NCBI RefSeq assembly: GCF_001194135.2
Contig: NC_068983.1
Location: 24,301,573-24,356,193, forward strand
From: Octopus bimaculoides
Taxonomy: Eukaryota
Direction: 5' to 3'
Length of the DNA: 54,621 bases
Both the position numbers and the translations under genes were made by a program. Positions within the stretch are counted from its first letter, which is position 1. Each line of letters starts with the position of its first letter. Below, piece after piece: positions 52,551-54,621 of this stretch. The notes beneath the pieces are model-generated. The model was given only the letters and a program-made list of their open reading frames with translations. It was not told the DNA's origin and ran no database searches.

Positions 52551-53680
52551 CATCATCATCATCATCATCATTTAACATCCGCTTTCCATGCTGGCTTGGG
52601 TTGGACAATTTGACTGGGGACTGGCGAACCAGATGGCTGTACCAGGCTCCAATCTGATTTGGCAGAGTTTCTACAGCTGGATGGCCTTCCTAACACCAAC
52701 CACTCCGAGAGTGCTGCAGGTGCTTTTACGTGCAACCAGCACGAGGGCCAGTTATGCAGTACCGGCAATAACCACGTTCAAATAGTGTTTTCTATGTGGC
52801 ACTGGCAATGACCTCGCTCAAATAGTTTTTCACGTGCTACTGGCACAAGTGCCAGTAAGGCGATGCTGGTAATGATCACACTCGAATAGTGCTTTTTACG
52901 TGCCACTGGAATGGAAGCCAGACAGCTGCTCTGGCAATGATCATGCTCGAATGGTGCTCTTAGTGCTCCACTAGTACGCATGCCAGCCTCAACAGGTCTT
53001 CGCAAGCAGAGTTTGGTGTCCAATAAAGGAAAGGTACGCATAAGTAGGCTGGTTACACCCCTGGCATAGGCCATGGGTTATGGTCTCACTTGGCTTACCG
53101 GGTCTTCTCAAGCACAGCATATTTCCAAAGGTCTCAGTCACTAGTCATTGCCTTGGTGGGGCCTAATGTTCAAAGGTCATGCTTCACCACCTCATCCCAG
53201 GTCTTCCTGGCTGTTCCTCTTCCACAAGTTCCCTCAACCTCTAGGGTGTGGCACTTTTTCACACAGCTATCCTCATCCATACCAGCACAATCGTCTCTCT
53301 TGCACACCACATCTGATGCTTCTTAGGTCCAACTTTTCTCTCAAGGTACTTACACTCTGTCAAGTACGCACACTGACATTACACATCCAGCGGAGCATAC
53401 TGGCTTCATTCCTTGCAAGTTTACGCATGTCTTCAACAGTCACGGCCCATGTTTCTCTGCCATGTAGCATGGTTGTTTGTACACACGCGTCATACAGTCT
53501 ACCTTTTACTCTGAGTGAGAGGCCCTTTGTCACCAGCAGAGGTAAGAACTCTCTGAACTTTGCCAGGCTATTCTTTTTCTAGCACCTACACATTTAGTGC
53601 ACCCACCCCCACTACTGACTTGGTCACCTAGGTAACAGAAGCTATCAAGTACTTCTAGTTTTTTTCCCTGGAATGTGGCA
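52551..53680 (-). mobile_element. RTE-clade LINE 3' portion (RT end, 3' UTR with internal ~60-bp degenerate repeats, (GAT)n tail)
   Basis: LEVLDSFCYLGDQVSSGGG...MDEDSCVKKCHTLEVEGTCGRGTARKTWDEVVKHDL, then a UTR ending in the tail shared with the short copies. Confidence 0.9.
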
Positions 53681-54621
53681 GAAGTTGTTCTCTGCACATT
53701 TACAGTGGAGAGAGTTAAATAGAAGGAAATAATAGAGGTCAATATAAGAAGCTATTTTGGAAAGAGAGAGATATAGAAAGTATAAAGGAAAATATGAGAA
53801 CAAAAATAAAAATGTATGTTGGATGTTACAGTTACAGTTCCATTATCCAAGGAATGTGCTGTGTAGAATGGGTAAAAAGGCTTCTTGTCCATGGTATATA
53901 AATTCCGAAAGGAGTTCATGTTTTGTTATTACAAATGGATAGTGTGCAGATATTAATTCCATTCAAAGGGATCTTGTAGTGTAAATGAGGTTTTGAGAAT
54001 ATAGTGGTAGGGGGAAGTAGATAGAGAGAAGAGAATAGATAAGTATGTTAGAAGAAAGAAAAATGGTATTGGTCAAAAGGATTGGGGGAGAAAAGAAGAA
54101 AGAAAGAAAAGAAAGAAAGAGGAGGAGAAAATGAAAAAGGAGTGCTAGATAGTGGTCAAGATATTGTGAGGGAGTGGGGAGAGGAGAGCTATCAGATAAA
54201 AGGAATAGGGGGAGGGATAGAAAGAAGAGGTAAGAATATAAGGCAGGAATATGTGTGAGAAGTGGGAGGTAGGGGTGATATGTTTGAAAGGCAGTAAGGT
54301 GGAGAGATAGATAAAGAATGTGATATGGGGGGGTATGAAAGTAAGTAGTAAACCTCAAAAAGGAAGGGAAGAATAAGTAGATATGATGGTCAAGTTTCTA
54401 AAAATAGACGCAGGCATTTATTGTAGTAGCTAAAGTGATAGTGTGGCGGGTGGGGCGATAAATTAGTGAGAGAAAGAAAAAAATATATGTATAGATATAC
54501 CTACACGTGCACAGATATACATATAATTGTGTATATGCACTATTGCTTGCACTTGTACACGTACATATGTACCTACACACATATGCATACAAACATATAT
54601 ATATATATATATATATATATA

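Overview
AT-rich, microsatellite-dense eukaryotic genomic DNA with about 11 N-gaps. It is most likely an octopod cephalopod draft assembly, inferred from the SINE/RTE families and repeat content. Almost all listed ORFs are artefacts of microsatellites, gaps or decayed transposons. Only one host coding exon is supportable: a 41-nt exon at 44563-44603 (+) encoding the RNP2 strand of an RRM (KLFIGRLSWETRS), of the hnRNP A/B-DAZAP1-Musashi type, so most of the window is probably intron. The rest is a TE graveyard: several RTE-clade LINE pieces, two older LINE RT relics, a Tc1/mariner relic, two Dong/R4-type RLE retrotransposon 3' ends, two Penelope-like GIY-YIG fragments, two tRNA-type SINE families and hAT-like MITEs. 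The most notable unannotated signal is six hammerhead-ribozyme-like motifs (4697, 27737, 28840, 30566, 49463, 52503). Two follow Penelope endonuclease fragments, and three others lie in short inverted or tandem pLTR-like units with no ORF. All calls are by eye; no alignment or folding was run.
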